Part shown: positions 9,902 to 20,605 of the stretch, piece after piece
How positions within the stretch are numbered: the stretch's first letter is position 1
Layout: every line of letters begins with the position of its first letter
From: an uncultured delta proteobacterium
GTDB lineage: Bacteria; Desulfobacterota; Binatia; UBA9968
Reading direction: 5' to 3'
DNA: 64,000 nt
Assembly: GCA_963771465.1 (NCBI GenBank)
Contig: CAVYTU010000018.1
Span: 130,490-194,489, forward strand
Notes under the pieces: model-generated
Told to the model about the DNA's origin: nothing
What the model saw: the letters and a program-made list of their open reading frames with translations, nothing else
Databases searched by the model: none
Made by a program: the position numbers and the translations under genes

Positions 9902-10687
9902 TTGACTGTGATGACCCAACCAGTGGAGAAAAGCGATTCGTTAGCCGGCCATGTGGCGCTCGTCACTGGCGGCGCCACCGGGATCGGGCGCGCCATGGCC
10001 GAGGCCATGGCGAAGGCTGGCGCCAAGGTTTGGATCGCTTCGCGCAACGATGGAGCGATCAATCTAGCGGTCGCCGAAATGCGCGCTGTCGATTGTTCAG
10101 TGCACGGCGCGCGGCTTGACGTGACCGATCGCGCACAGGTCGAAAGTGTCGTCAGCTCGATTGTCGAGGAAGACAAAAAGATCGACATACTTTTCAACGG
10201 CGCCGGCGTGATGATCAAACATCCGGTCGTCGAAATGCCGGAGGATGTTTGGGATCGGGTGATCGAGGTCAACCTGAAGGGTGTGTTTCTGTGCATCCAG
10301 GCGGTGGCACGCGCCATGATCGCGCGCCGTTATGGGCGCATCATCAATGTTTCCTCGGGACACGTGAAGGGCAATGCGGCCAACTCCGCTTACGCCGCTT
10401 CCAAGGGCGGCTTGGAGTCGTTCACCAAAAGCTTTGCCGCTGAATTAGCGCAACTGAACGTCGACGTGACCATCAACGCCATCGAGCCGGGCGGCACGGA
10501 CACGGCGATGTGGCGCCGCGGTAAAAGCGCCGAATACATCAAGCACGCCGTGGCGTCCGGCCGAATTCGTCCGCCGAATTATATGCGCGATGTGGTTATG
10601 TATTTGGCGAGCCCGGCGAGTGGAGCGGTAAATGGAAAAATTATCAATCACCGCGAACGCTCTGACTATGCCAGCAAGTCGGTCTGA
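9902..10687 (+). CDS. SDR family NAD(P)-dependent oxidoreductase
   Basis: TGGATGIG, NGAG, YAASK catalytic motif. Confidence 0.92.
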   Translation: MTVMTQPVEKSDSLAGHVALVTGGATGIGRAMAEAMAKAGAKVWIASRNDGAINLAVAEMRAVDCSVHGARLDVTDRAQVESVVSSIVEEDKKIDILFNGAGVMIKHPVVEMPEDVWDRVIEVNLKGVFLCIQAVARAMIARRYGRIINVSSGHVKGNAANSAYAASKGGLESFTKSFAAELAQLNVDVTINAIEPGGTDTAMWRRGKSAEYIKHAVASGRIRPPNYMRDVVMYLASPASGAVNGKIINHRERSDYASKSV

Positions 10688-10788
10688 AACCGGCATCGGA
10701 AGTTAACCGCAACGAGCGCAAAGTGCAAAAATAAAAATTCTGCATCGTTGGCCATTCGAAATACGCCCTTTCTTCGCTAACAACTCTG

Positions 10789-12096
10789 ATGAGCTTACCT
10801 GGCAAACAAAGTTTTTTTTCAAATCTCTACGCCGGCTGGGTGATGGTCGGTTTGGTTTCGGCGCTGCGGGTTATTGGCGGCGGGCTGCATGGTTTCGGCT
10901 TCACCGTTTTCTTTTTGCCCGTGAGCCAAGACCTGGGATTGAACCGGGCGCAGACTTCACTGGCCTTCTCGCTGGCGCGCGCGGAGGGTGCCATCGAAGC
11001 GCCGGTGATCGGTTATCTCGTCGACCGCTTTGGGCCGCGGCCGTTGATGGTAACCGCCGCCTTGCTCGCGGGTGTCGGCTACATCGCGCTCTCGTGGGTT
11101 AATAACTACACCGCATTTCTGGTGGTCTACCTGGGATTGATCTCACTGGCTTACTCCGCTGGGTTTATTCAAACGCCGATGGTGATCGCCAATAACTGGT
11201 TCATCCGCAAACGGGCGCGGGCGATGACCGTGGTCGGATCAGCGGTCACCATCGGCGGTACGCTCATTACTCCCGTGCTCGCCGCAACGGTAACTTATTT
11301 CGGTTGGCGTTGGGGTGCGTTTTTCGCCGGCTGTGCTTTTCTAGTAATTTGTATTCCGTTAAGTCTGAAAGTTGTGCGTTCGCCGGAAAGTATCGGCCTG
11401 CAACCCGACGGCGACGCGCCGCCCGATCCGTTTCGTTCAGGCGTCACGGCGGATGGGTCGTCAAGCGCTCGCATGATTGCCACCGACGTCACCGCCAAGG
11501 ATGCGCTAAAGAGTCTGGCCTTTTGGTCCCTGGCGTTTTCCATGTTGGTGCGGGTTGGCACGCAGAGCACGTTGATGGTGCATTTTATTCCAATCATGGT
11601 TTGGAAAGGCATAAGCCAGGAACGGGCCGCGGTGTTGTTGAGTGTTTTCGCGCTACTCAACTTATTGTTTCACTTTCTGCTCGGCTGGATTGCCGACCGG
11701 GTCAACAAACCGCGGCTGCTGTCGCTGTGGATGGTCTTGCCGCTCAGTGCTATCGTCATACTGACTTTCGGCCAATCCACGCTGTCGCTCTGGCTATTCG
11801 CGATACTTTATTCGGCGCTCGATGCGGCCTTCCCGGTAACTTGGGCGATCATCGGCGATTTTTTCGGCCGCAAGCACTTCGCGACGATTCGCGGCAACAT
11901 GACCTTCTGTTATATGTGGGGCAGCGCGTTGGGTCCGGTGATCGCGGGATATATTTACGATCAAACCCAAAGCTACGGCTCGGTACTCTGGGGATTGGTG
12001 GCGACCTTATCGCTATCGGTGGTACTTACGGGACTATTGATCAAACCGTGGCGGGTTAAGATCGCCGCGCTCGACGGCGCCGCGGTTGCGTCCTAA
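10789..12096 (+). CDS. MFS transporter (OFA/MCT-like)
   Basis: About 12 TM helices, GYLVDRFGPR motif, DFFGRKHFATIRG. Confidence 0.9.
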   Translation: MSLPGKQSFFSNLYAGWVMVGLVSALRVIGGGLHGFGFTVFFLPVSQDLGLNRAQTSLAFSLARAEGAIEAPVIGYLVDRFGPRPLMVTAALLAGVGYIALSWVNNYTAFLVVYLGLISLAYSAGFIQTPMVIANNWFIRKRARAMTVVGSAVTIGGTLITPVLAATVTYFGWRWGAFFAGCAFLVICIPLSLKVVRSPESIGLQPDGDAPPDPFRSGVTADGSSSARMIATDVTAKDALKSLAFWSLAFSMLVRVGTQSTLMVHFIPIMVWKGISQERAAVLLSVFALLNLLFHFLLGWIADRVNKPRLLSLWMVLPLSAIVILTFGQSTLSLWLFAILYSALDAAFPVTWAIIGDFFGRKHFATIRGNMTFCYMWGSALGPVIAGYIYDQTQSYGSVLWGLVATLSLSVVLTGLLIKPWRVKIAALDGAAVAS

Positions 12097-12182
12097 TTGC
12101 TAGTGCACGCGGCGTTCTTTATATTTTGCATAAGGGATTTTTGACTTGCAGATTCACTAACTATTCGAGCGAGGAGTTTGTT

Positions 12183-14729
12183 ATGGCCGCACAGCTTTCC
12201 CATCGTTTGCCGACGACGGTTACACCGGAGCGTTATGCGATCCGGTTGACTCCGGATCTCACGACTTGGACGTTTACCGGCGAGGAACAAGTGACGATTC
12301 ACATTCACCAGCCGGTAGGCATGATCGTGACTAATGCCGCGGAACTCGCGATCGATTCTGTGTCGATCAAGGATGCCAAGGGAAAACTGCTATCCGGCAA
12401 CATTGCCTTGGATCATGACCATGAACGAGCCTGTTTCAGTTTTCCGGCGGATTTGCCGGTTGGACGAAGCGAGTTGTCGATCAAGTTCAGCGGCATTTTG
12501 AACGACAAGCTGCACGGTTTTTATCGCAGTACTTACAAAGGGGCGGACGGCAAAGAGCAGCCGCTGGCGTCGACGCAATTCGAGTCGACCGACGCGCGCC
12601 GGGCATTTCCCTGTTGGGACGAGCCGGCGTTCAAAGCGGTCTACCAAGTGACTTTGGTGGTCGACGAAAAACTGACGGCGATTTCCAATGCCGGCGTGAT
12701 TCGCGAGACGCCTTTGCCGGGAACCGGCAAAAAGGAAGTGGTGTTCGCCGACTCGATGAAAATGTCGACCTATCTGGTCGCCTTCATCGTCGGCGAGTTT
12801 GAAGCGACGGAGCCGGTGAGGGTCGGCAACACGCCGCTGCGCGTGTGGGCCGTGCCGGGGAAAAAGCGCTTGGCGAATTTCGCCGTCGATATCGGCAAGG
12901 CGTCGCTGGAACATTTCGGCGCTTATTACGCCATTCCTTATCCCGGCGATAAGCTGGATTTGATCGCGATCCCTGATTTCGCTTCCGGCGCCATGGAAAA
13001 TTTGGGCGCGATCACTTTTCGCGAAACCGCCCTGCTGGTCGACGCGGCGAACGCCACGCGCGCGGAGCTTGAGCGCGTCGCCGACGTGGTGTCGCACGAG
13101 AACGCGCATATGTGGTTCGGCGATCTGGTGACGATGCGCTGGTGGAACGGCTTGTGGCTGAATGAAGCCTTTGCGACATTTATGGAAATGCTCGCGGTCG
13201 ATGCTTGGAAGCCGGAATGGCGGCGCTGGGATAGTTTTACCGTGTCGCGCGCGGCGGCGATGCAAGTGGACGGCCTCAAGAGCACGCGCCCCATCGAGTT
13301 TCCCGTCGAGAAGCCGGAAGAAGCGGCGGGCATGTTCGATGTGCTCACCTATGAGAAGGGCGCGTCGGTACTGCGCATGTTGGAGCAATATCTCGGCGCC
13401 GACGCGTTTCGCGACGGCATCCGCTTGTATCTCCAGCGCCATCAGTATGACAACGCCGAGACCACCGATTTGTGGGACGCCTTGGAAGACTCGACCAAGC
13501 AGCCGGTGCGGGCGCTGATGGATACCTGGATTTTTCAGCCGGGCTATCCGCTCATCAGCGTGATGAAAGAGGGCAAGACACTTGTGCTCTCCCAACAGAT
13601 CTTTCGTTACATTCAGGATGGGACGGATCTGGCGCGGCGCTGGCATGTGCCGATTTTTCTGCGCGTCGGCACGCGCGGCGGAACAGTCACTAAAACGCTG
13701 CTCATGACCGGTGCCGAGCAGCGCGTCGAGTTTTCTGATGACATCGAATCGGCGGTGGTGAACGCCGGCGGCCATGGTTTTTACCGTGTTCGTTACAGCG
13801 CCGAGCTTGCGACGGCGCTGAAAGGTGGATTGGCCAAAACTCTTTCGGCGGTTGAACGCTTCGGCTTGATGAACGACGCCTGGGCGACAACGCTTGCCGG
13901 ACCCACTTCGCTGACTGACTATCTCGATTTGATCGAGCTATTGCGCGACGAAGACGACGTCAATGTGTGGACCACCGTCATCGGTTCCAGCCACCATCTC
14001 GCGCGCATTCTCGACGACGGACAATGCGCCGAATTGGAAAAGCGGCTGCGCGCCTTGATCGCGCCGGCGGTGGCGCGCTTGGGCTGGACGGTCAAAGCGG
14101 GCGAAAGTGAACTGGCGAGTCAGCTGCGCGGCGATTTGATCGGCGCCTTGGGAACGGTTGCCAACGACGAGCCGACACAAACGCGCGCGCAAGAATTATT
14201 CGCCGCTCACCAAAAGGGCACCGATGACGTCGACCGCAATCTGATTCCCGCCCTGGTAGCGATTGTGGCTCATACCGGCGGCAGCGACGACTACGAAATG
14301 TTTTCGCGCCGGTTTAAAACTGCCCAAACGCCGCAGGAAGAAACCCGCTATCTGTTCGCGCTGGGAAACTTTCGCGACCCGCAACTGATCGATCATACGC
14401 TGGATCTAACGATCAATGGGGAAGTGCGCACGCAAAATTCTCCGTATTTGATGCGCGGCATTCTTTTGAACCGCCACGCGCGCGACAAAGCATGGGTGTT
14501 CATGAAATCACACTGGGAAGAGATGCTGCGGCAGTATCCGGACAACTCGATCCCCCGCATGTGCGAAGGCATCATTGGCTTGGTGACGAAGGAACTCGAA
14601 GCCGACGTGAATAGTTTTTTTGCCAAGCATCCGGTCAAGCAGGGCAGCAAGCAAATGGAGCAACATCTCGAGCGACTGCACGTCGCGGTAGCCTGTAAGC
14701 AACGCTGGCAGAGCTCGTTGCGGGGATAA
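12183..14729 (+). CDS. pepN: M1 family zinc aminopeptidase (PepN/puromycin-sensitive type)
   Basis: GAMEN, HENAH-x18-E and YEKG motifs, ERAP1-like C-terminus. Start taken at ATG 12183 behind GAGGAG. Confidence 0.93.
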   Translation: MAAQLSHRLPTTVTPERYAIRLTPDLTTWTFTGEEQVTIHIHQPVGMIVTNAAELAIDSVSIKDAKGKLLSGNIALDHDHERACFSFPADLPVGRSELSIKFSGILNDKLHGFYRSTYKGADGKEQPLASTQFESTDARRAFPCWDEPAFKAVYQVTLVVDEKLTAISNAGVIRETPLPGTGKKEVVFADSMKMSTYLVAFIVGEFEATEPVRVGNTPLRVWAVPGKKRLANFAVDIGKASLEHFGAYYAIPYPGDKLDLIAIPDFASGAMENLGAITFRETALLVDAANATRAELERVADVVSHENAHMWFGDLVTMRWWNGLWLNEAFATFMEMLAVDAWKPEWRRWDSFTVSRAAAMQVDGLKSTRPIEFPVEKPEEAAGMFDVLTYEKGASVLRMLEQYLGADAFRDGIRLYLQRHQYDNAETTDLWDALEDSTKQPVRALMDTWIFQPGYPLISVMKEGKTLVLSQQIFRYIQDGTDLARRWHVPIFLRVGTRGGTVTKTLLMTGAEQRVEFSDDIESAVVNAGGHGFYRVRYSAELATALKGGLAKTLSAVERFGLMNDAWATTLAGPTSLTDYLDLIELLRDEDDVNVWTTVIGSSHHLARILDDGQCAELEKRLRALIAPAVARLGWTVKAGESELASQLRGDLIGALGTVANDEPTQTRAQELFAAHQKGTDDVDRNLIPALVAIVAHTGGSDDYEMFSRRFKTAQTPQEETRYLFALGNFRDPQLIDHTLDLTINGEVRTQNSPYLMRGILLNRHARDKAWVFMKSHWEEMLRQYPDNSIPRMCEGIIGLVTKELEADVNSFFAKHPVKQGSKQMEQHLERLHVAVACKQRWQSSLRG

Positions 14730-14939
14730 TTCGCCCAGCTATGGTTCACGCGTCATCTCGGCGTTGTTTAAACACGAAGTAAAGCCAGGCTGCAATCGAT
14801 ACAAAGTTGTCACATTCTTCTTGTCCTAGTAAGGCATGGATCTCAGCTCGCAACAGACGGAAGTTTTATTAAAATAGTTAAATTAGATCAGCGTGTTAAC
14901 GGCTTTTATTCAACAGAAGAAAAATCTCGTATAATTCTC

Positions 14940-14971
14940 TTGACAAGGTTAGTGAGTAAATGCTAACTAAC
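14940..14971 (+). promoter_or_regulatory. Sigma70 promoter overlapped by a palindromic TetR operator candidate
   Basis: TTGACA at 14940-14945, followed by GTTAGTGAG-N6-CTAACTAAC (14948-14971, 8/9 inverted), 8 nt upstream of the tetR ATG. Confidence 0.7.
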
Positions 14972-14979
14972 TATTCCTC

Positions 14980-15669
14980 ATGCGGAATATACCGAGGTTA
15001 ACTGCGGAAGCGCGCAAGGAAGCGATCGTTGAGGCGGTGCAGGATATTTTCGCTGAAAAAGGTTTCGACGGCACGACGATTAAAGAGTTAGCGCAGGCAG
15101 CTGGGGTTTCGGAAGCGCTTTTATATAAACATTTTCCGAGCAAGGAATCACTCTACGCGGCGATGCTCGATGCCTGTTCCAAGGGCCCGACATTCGCGGA
15201 AGCGAGCCGCATACTTGAGTTCGAAACGTCAACTTCCACGCTCGTGATGATGGCGCATTTCATGATCTCGCATTATGTGCTGGGTCGCATCGGTGACACC
15301 CATAGGGCGGCGCTCAATTCGCTTTTAGTACGCAGTTTGCTCGGCGATGGTGAACTGGTCAGATTGATGCATAAAAAGCTCGCTTCGGCGTGGGTCAAGA
15401 AATTCACGGCCTGTTTGCATGCGGCGGCCTCGGCCGGCGAGACGCATGAGACGCCGATCCGGCGCGATCTCGGTGTCTGGTTCGTCCAGCATGTGGCGTT
15501 TTCTTTGATGCTGCATTTGCGTCCGACGACGCCGGCGATCGATTATAAGGTTAGTCGGGAAGAGTTGGTGTCGCAGGCGACTTGGTTCGCGCTCTTGGGA
15601 CTGGGGTTAAAAGAGGACGCGGTAAAGCGCTACTACAGTCCGAAAGCGTTGCAGCTTTTGGCCAGTTGA
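14980..15669 (+). CDS. TetR/AcrR family transcriptional regulator
   Basis: FAEKGFDGTTIKELAQAAGVSEALLYKHFPSKESLY helix-turn-helix. Confidence 0.93.
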   Translation: MRNIPRLTAEARKEAIVEAVQDIFAEKGFDGTTIKELAQAAGVSEALLYKHFPSKESLYAAMLDACSKGPTFAEASRILEFETSTSTLVMMAHFMISHYVLGRIGDTHRAALNSLLVRSLLGDGELVRLMHKKLASAWVKKFTACLHAAASAGETHETPIRRDLGVWFVQHVAFSLMLHLRPTTPAIDYKVSREELVSQATWFALLGLGLKEDAVKRYYSPKALQLLAS

Positions 15670-15722
15670 AAAGTGGCAATTAAAATTTAAACTTTTCTTT
15701 TTATCCAAAGGGGAGGGGTAAA

Positions 15723-16151
15723 ATGGAACTTAAGGAAAACACGAATAATAATACCGGCACACGCACCGCCGGAATGGATGAGCGGATCGGTTCGCTGTTT
15801 CAACCCGACACCCTGCTCGCCGAGGACTATGCGGCGAACTTCCGCCGCAAGATTCCGCTTGAACCGGAGCGCACGCTGCTGTTGGCGGTATTGGAAGACG
15901 GCATCCGTTGCTTTCAAGAAAATCTCTTTGCGGTTAACGGCAAACGGCGTGGGTTGTTCGATGAGGCCAAGGATTGGCTGTTTAGCGACGACGCGAATTG
16001 GTTTTGCTCGTTCGTATCCATCTGCACGTTGCTCAACTTGGAGCCCAGCTATATTCGCCGTGGCCTAAGAGAATGGGAAGCGCTCGAGCGCAGAGCTATG
16101 CGTAAGAAGGCGCAGGGCGCTCTCGCCGTTGAACAACGTCTGGTCGCCTGA
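15723..16151 (+). CDS. Conserved hypothetical protein (paralog of 61123-61485)
   Basis: Strong RBS GGGAGGGG. PE+.L+.A+L.D.I...EA.+W...DW.FSF..+C..L.L.P.Y+RRGL pattern is shared with 61123-61485. Confidence 0.8.
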   Translation: MELKENTNNNTGTRTAGMDERIGSLFQPDTLLAEDYAANFRRKIPLEPERTLLLAVLEDGIRCFQENLFAVNGKRRGLFDEAKDWLFSDDANWFCSFVSICTLLNLEPSYIRRGLREWEALERRAMRKKAQGALAVEQRLVA

Positions 16152-16153
16152 AT

Positions 16154-17335
16154 GTGTTCTCTCAGGTAAAACTGATTCCCGTGACTTGGCATACGGCGGC
16201 GACCGTTAGGTTCGCCGCCGTATGCGTTTGTGCGGCACTCATTGCGGGTTGCGGCAAGAAGGAACCGGCGAACTTCGAGCGCCCGCCCGCGCCGGTGACG
16301 GCGACGCCGGCAACCAGCCAGGACGTGCCGCTCTATATCGATGCCGTGGGTAAAATCGTCGCCCGCGAAGTGGTGTCGATCCAGCCGCAAGTTTCCGGGC
16401 GCATCACGCAAATCCATTTCACCGACGGCGCCGATTTAAAAGTCGGCAACTTGCTTTTTACCATCGACCCGCGGCCGTACCAAGCTCAACTCCAGCAAGC
16501 CGAAGCCAACGTAGCTCAAGCCGAAGCGGGATTGAGTTTAGCGAAAATAACATTCGCGCGGGTCGAAAACGTCAGCGATCCGAGAGCGGTTTCACGGCAA
16601 GAATATGACACCAAGAAGAGCGCCGTGGAATCCGCTGAAGCGACGGTCAAACAAAACCGCGCCGCGCTGGCGAGCGCGCGCATCAATCTCGATTACTGCA
16701 CGATTCGCTCACCGATCACCGGCCGGGCCGGCCAGCGCGCGGTCGATGTCGGCAACGTGGTGGCGGCCACTAGCGGCTCGTTGCTGGTGATCCAGCGTTT
16801 GGATCCGATATACGCCGACTTCACCGTCACTGAGAGCGAGCTGACCGCAGTGCAGCGCAACATGGCGCAGCGCGGCTTGCGCGTCGAAGTGCGCTTGCCT
16901 GACGACAGTGCTGGCGCGCGCGAAGGCAAACTCACTTTTCTCGACAACTCGATTCAAGAGGGCAGCGGCACGGTGAAGCTGCGGGCGACGCTGGCCAACG
17001 GCGACCGGCGCTTTTGGCCCGGCCGTTTCGCAAAAATTCGCCTGGTTCTTGCAACCCAGCGGGATGCGGTGCTGGTTCCCGCCGAGGCGCCGCAAGTGTC
17101 GGCTAAAGGCTCATTCGTTTTCATCGTCAAAAACGATTCGTCGGCGGAACTCCGCCCGGTGAAACTCGGACAGCGCCATGACGACTTGATTGTCGTCGAA
17201 GAGGGCGTCAAAGCCGGTGAACGAGTGATTGTCAAAGGGCAGCTCGGCGTCACGCCGGGAGGCAAGGTGCGCGTCACAGAGCCGGCCTCCAGCGGCGCGG
17301 CGCCGCCACCGGCCAAGGCCGGAGACAAGCGGTGA
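16154..17335 (+). CDS. RND efflux periplasmic adaptor (MdtA-like)
   Basis: Lipobox LIAGC, IDPRPYQAQL, IRSPITGRAG, WPGRF motifs. Confidence 0.92.
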   Translation: MFSQVKLIPVTWHTAATVRFAAVCVCAALIAGCGKKEPANFERPPAPVTATPATSQDVPLYIDAVGKIVAREVVSIQPQVSGRITQIHFTDGADLKVGNLLFTIDPRPYQAQLQQAEANVAQAEAGLSLAKITFARVENVSDPRAVSRQEYDTKKSAVESAEATVKQNRAALASARINLDYCTIRSPITGRAGQRAVDVGNVVAATSGSLLVIQRLDPIYADFTVTESELTAVQRNMAQRGLRVEVRLPDDSAGAREGKLTFLDNSIQEGSGTVKLRATLANGDRRFWPGRFAKIRLVLATQRDAVLVPAEAPQVSAKGSFVFIVKNDSSAELRPVKLGQRHDDLIVVEEGVKAGERVIVKGQLGVTPGGKVRVTEPASSGAAPPPAKAGDKR

Positions 17336-20300
17336 ATTTTTCCGAACCGTTCATTCGCCGTCCGGTGCTGACCGCGGTGATGACCGCGTCAGTGATTGTG
17401 TTCGGCGTGCTGAGCTATTTACGCCTACCGGTCAATGACCTGCCGGCGGTGGATTATCCGGTCATCCAGGTGCAAGCGGATTATCCCGGCGCCAGCCCCG
17501 AGACCGTGGCAAACAATATCGCCACACCGCTCGAACGCCAATTTATGCAGATCAATGGATTGGAGTTGGTGACTTCCAAGAGCACTCAAGGGCACACGAG
17601 CATAACGCTCCAGTTTGCTCTCAGCAAAAGCATCGATGCCGCCGCCACCGATGTGCAAACCGCGATCTCACAGGCGACCGGCAGCCTGCCGGTGGATTTG
17701 CCTTCGCCGCCGACTTTCTCCAAGACCAATCCTAATGATCAACCGATTATGTACATCGCGCTCACCAGCGACTCGGTGACGCGCGGCCAGCTGTACGACT
17801 ACGGCAGCACCCAGATCGGCCAACGCATCAGCATTCTGGCCGGCGTCTCGCGGGTGTCGGTGTTCGGCACCAAGTCGGCCATTCGCATCAAGGCCGACCC
17901 CGCCGCCATGTGGGCGCGCGACATCGCCATCGATGAACTAGCCACGGCGATTAGGAATGGCACGAGCTATACCGGCGCCGGGCAGTTCGACGCCGCCAGT
18001 GGGACGGCGCTGCTCAGACCGCAGGGACAGCTCGACAGTGCCACGGCTTATAGCGATTTGATCGTCGGCACGCGCAACGGTGCGCCGATTTACCTGCGCG
18101 ACGTCGCGCAAGTTTACGACTCGGTGCAGGACGAGCGCTTGAGCATGCGCTTCTGGGCGCGCGGCTATCCCGTACCGGGCGCCACAGTCGTGATGGCGGT
18201 CTACCGTCAAGCCGGCGCCAACGCCGTCGAAGTCGCCGACCGTATTAGCGCGCTGTTGCCGGTGATCGGCTCGGAGCTGCCCGGATCGATTCGCATCACG
18301 CCGCTTTACGACCGCTCGCGCGGCATCGTCAAATCCGTCCGTGACGTTCAAGAGACGCTGGCGATCGCCTTCGTGCTAGTCGTGCTGGTGATTTTCCTAT
18401 TTCTTGGCCGGGCCACCGACACGCTGATTCCCGCCGTGGCGTTGCCGATTTCCTTGCTGCTGACATTCATCGCCATGCAGCTGCTGGGTTACAGCTTGGA
18501 CAACCTTTCGTTGATGGCGCTCACTTTGGCCATCGGGTTTCTCGTTGACGACGCCATCGTCTTTCTCGAAAATACCGTGCGCCGCATGGAGCATGGCGAG
18601 AACGCCTTCGAGGCGACGCTCCATAGCGCCAAGGAAATCAGTTTCACTATTCTATCGATGACGGTCTCCTTGGCGGCGGTGTTCATTCCGCTGGTGTTCA
18701 TGCCCGGTTTAGTCGGGCGCATCTTCCGCGAATTTGCCATTACAATAGTTGTCGCGATCATGGCTTCTGGACTGGTTTCGCTGACACTCACGCCGCTGAT
18801 GTGCGCGCGTCTGCTCAAGGAACGAGGCGAAGGGATCAAACGCAGCTGGGTGGAACGCGTCATCGGCGGCATTGAGCGGCGCGTGCTCGGCTCCTACGGT
18901 CGATCGCTCAACTGGTTTATCGAACGGCGCTGGATCTCTGCGCTGACTTGGCTGATTTGCCTGGCCGGCACCGTGTGGTTTTTTCTCGTCGTGCCGAAAG
19001 CGTTTTTACCGCCGGGAGACAGCAGCGTGGTCACCGGTATTTTCATCGGCCGCGAAGGTTCGTCCCCCGAGCAAATGCGCGCGATCCAAGCCCAAGTCGA
19101 CGCCGTTCTTCTGGAGAATCCCAATGTCCTGGCCACCATCGAAGTTACTGGCCTCAGCCAATTTATCGCTTCGAATCAGGGAATTATTTTTACTTTTCTA
19201 AAACCGCCGGCGGGCCGGCCGCCGATCCAGCAGGAGGTCGCCAAGCTGATGGGCAGCCTGGGCTCGATCCCCGGGGTAATGGCATTCTTGCGGCCGTTTC
19301 CCGTGCTCGAGATCAGCACCGGCGCCACCAGTCAAAATCAGGGACAATATGCTTTTTCTGTCTCCGGCGTGAACCCTGGGCAAGTCTACGACGCCGGCGC
19401 CAAGCTGTTGGCGAAAATGCGCGAGTATCCAGGATTTCTCACCGTGTCATCGGACTTTTTCAACGACACGCCGAACCTCGACATTGAACTGCGCCGCGAG
19501 CAAGCCAAAAGCTACGGTGTTTCCGAGACGCGCATCCTATCACTGCTGCGTAGCGCCTATGCGCAGAACTATGTTTATCTGATCAAGAAGCCGGCGGATC
19601 AATACCAAGTCATTCTGGAAGTTGCCGATGCGGCGCGCTCCCAGCCGGATAATCTCGCTGAACTTTACATCCGCTCCGACGACGGCAAGCGTTTGGTGCC
19701 GCTCGAGGCGCTGGTCACGTGGAAGGCTGCGATCGGACCGCAGGCGGTCAATCACCTCAACCAATTCAACGCCGTGACGTTGTCCTTTAACCTAAAACCC
19801 GGCGTCGCCATCGGCGATGCGACCGATTTCGTCACCAAGGCGGCCGCCGAGATCGTGCCGCCGACTTTGCGCGCGAGCCTACAAGGCGAAGCCTTGACGT
19901 TCCGTGACACGGTGCGCGATTTGACGCTGCTGATGCTGCTGGCGGTTTTCGTCATGTACGTGATCCTGGCGATGCTTTACGACAGTTATCTTCATCCGTT
20001 GACAGTCTTGTCGACGCTGCCGCCGGCGCTGGTCGGCGGCTTGGCGACGCTCTATCTATTCGGCGAGCAGGCGTCGCTCTACGCCTTTGTCGGCATGTTC
20101 ATGCTCATGGGCATCGTCAAGAAAAACGGCATCATGATCGTCGACTTCGCCATGCAACGCGTCGATTTGGGCGAAGCGGCGCCAAAGGCGATTCACGACG
20201 CCAGCATGGACCGCTTCAGGCCGATCCTCATGACCACCTTGGCCGCGGTGTTTGGCGCGCTGCCGATCGCGCTCGGTTACGGCGCGGATGGCGCGTCGCG

Positions 20301-20496
20301 CCGTCCGCTCGGTCTGGTGATCGTCGGCGGACTCGTCGTATCCCAATTCATCACCTTGTTTATCACGCCGGTGATCTATCTATACTTCGAAGACTTCCAA
20401 GAAAAATTTTTAGACCGCACGTCATTTTTCCGCTCGACGCGGACCGCGGCAGCGCAGCAGTTAGTCACAAGAGATGATTCGGATGCGAAGATTTAG
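17332..20496 (+). CDS. RND efflux permease (AcrB/MdtB-MdtC family)
   Basis: FIRRPV start, GFLVDDAIV, GIVKKNGIMIVDFA, RFRPILMTT motifs. Confidence 0.95.
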   Translation: MNFSEPFIRRPVLTAVMTASVIVFGVLSYLRLPVNDLPAVDYPVIQVQADYPGASPETVANNIATPLERQFMQINGLELVTSKSTQGHTSITLQFALSKSIDAAATDVQTAISQATGSLPVDLPSPPTFSKTNPNDQPIMYIALTSDSVTRGQLYDYGSTQIGQRISILAGVSRVSVFGTKSAIRIKADPAAMWARDIAIDELATAIRNGTSYTGAGQFDAASGTALLRPQGQLDSATAYSDLIVGTRNGAPIYLRDVAQVYDSVQDERLSMRFWARGYPVPGATVVMAVYRQAGANAVEVADRISALLPVIGSELPGSIRITPLYDRSRGIVKSVRDVQETLAIAFVLVVLVIFLFLGRATDTLIPAVALPISLLLTFIAMQLLGYSLDNLSLMALTLAIGFLVDDAIVFLENTVRRMEHGENAFEATLHSAKEISFTILSMTVSLAAVFIPLVFMPGLVGRIFREFAITIVVAIMASGLVSLTLTPLMCARLLKERGEGIKRSWVERVIGGIERRVLGSYGRSLNWFIERRWISALTWLICLAGTVWFFLVVPKAFLPPGDSSVVTGIFIGREGSSPEQMRAIQAQVDAVLLENPNVLATIEVTGLSQFIASNQGIIFTFLKPPAGRPPIQQEVAKLMGSLGSIPGVMAFLRPFPVLEISTGATSQNQGQYAFSVSGVNPGQVYDAGAKLLAKMREYPGFLTVSSDFFNDTPNLDIELRREQAKSYGVSETRILSLLRSAYAQNYVYLIKKPADQYQVILEVADAARSQPDNLAELYIRSDDGKRLVPLEALVTWKAAIGPQAVNHLNQFNAVTLSFNLKPGVAIGDATDFVTKAAAEIVPPTLRASLQGEALTFRDTVRDLTLLMLLAVFVMYVILAMLYDSYLHPLTVLSTLPPALVGGLATLYLFGEQASLYAFVGMFMLMGIVKKNGIMIVDFAMQRVDLGEAAPKAIHDASMDRFRPILMTTLAAVFGALPIALGYGADGASRRPLGLVIVGGLVVSQFITLFITPVIYLYFEDFQEKFLDRTSFFRSTRTAAAQQLVTRDDSDAKI

Positions 20497-20497
20497 C

Positions 20498-20558
20498 CGC
20501 AAAGGGCGCAAAGTACGCAAAGAAAATTCATGATTCCGGATTTGGCGTTTGGGCGCGA
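20498..20558. repeat. 9-nt periodic CGCAAAG repeat with a degenerate inverted partner
   Basis: CGCAAAG at 20498, 20507 and 20516, followed by TTTGGCGTTTGGGCGCG. Confidence 0.65.
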
Positions 20559-20605
20559 GTGTTGAATATGAGTTTTGACTAATGGTCGACCCGTTGAGAA
20601 TAAAA

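Noticed and set aside
12390-13775. Long antisense ORFs (also 937-1632, 43189-44136, 51917-52621)
   Set aside because: They are shadow frames of well-supported genes in GC-rich DNA, with no recognisable motifs.
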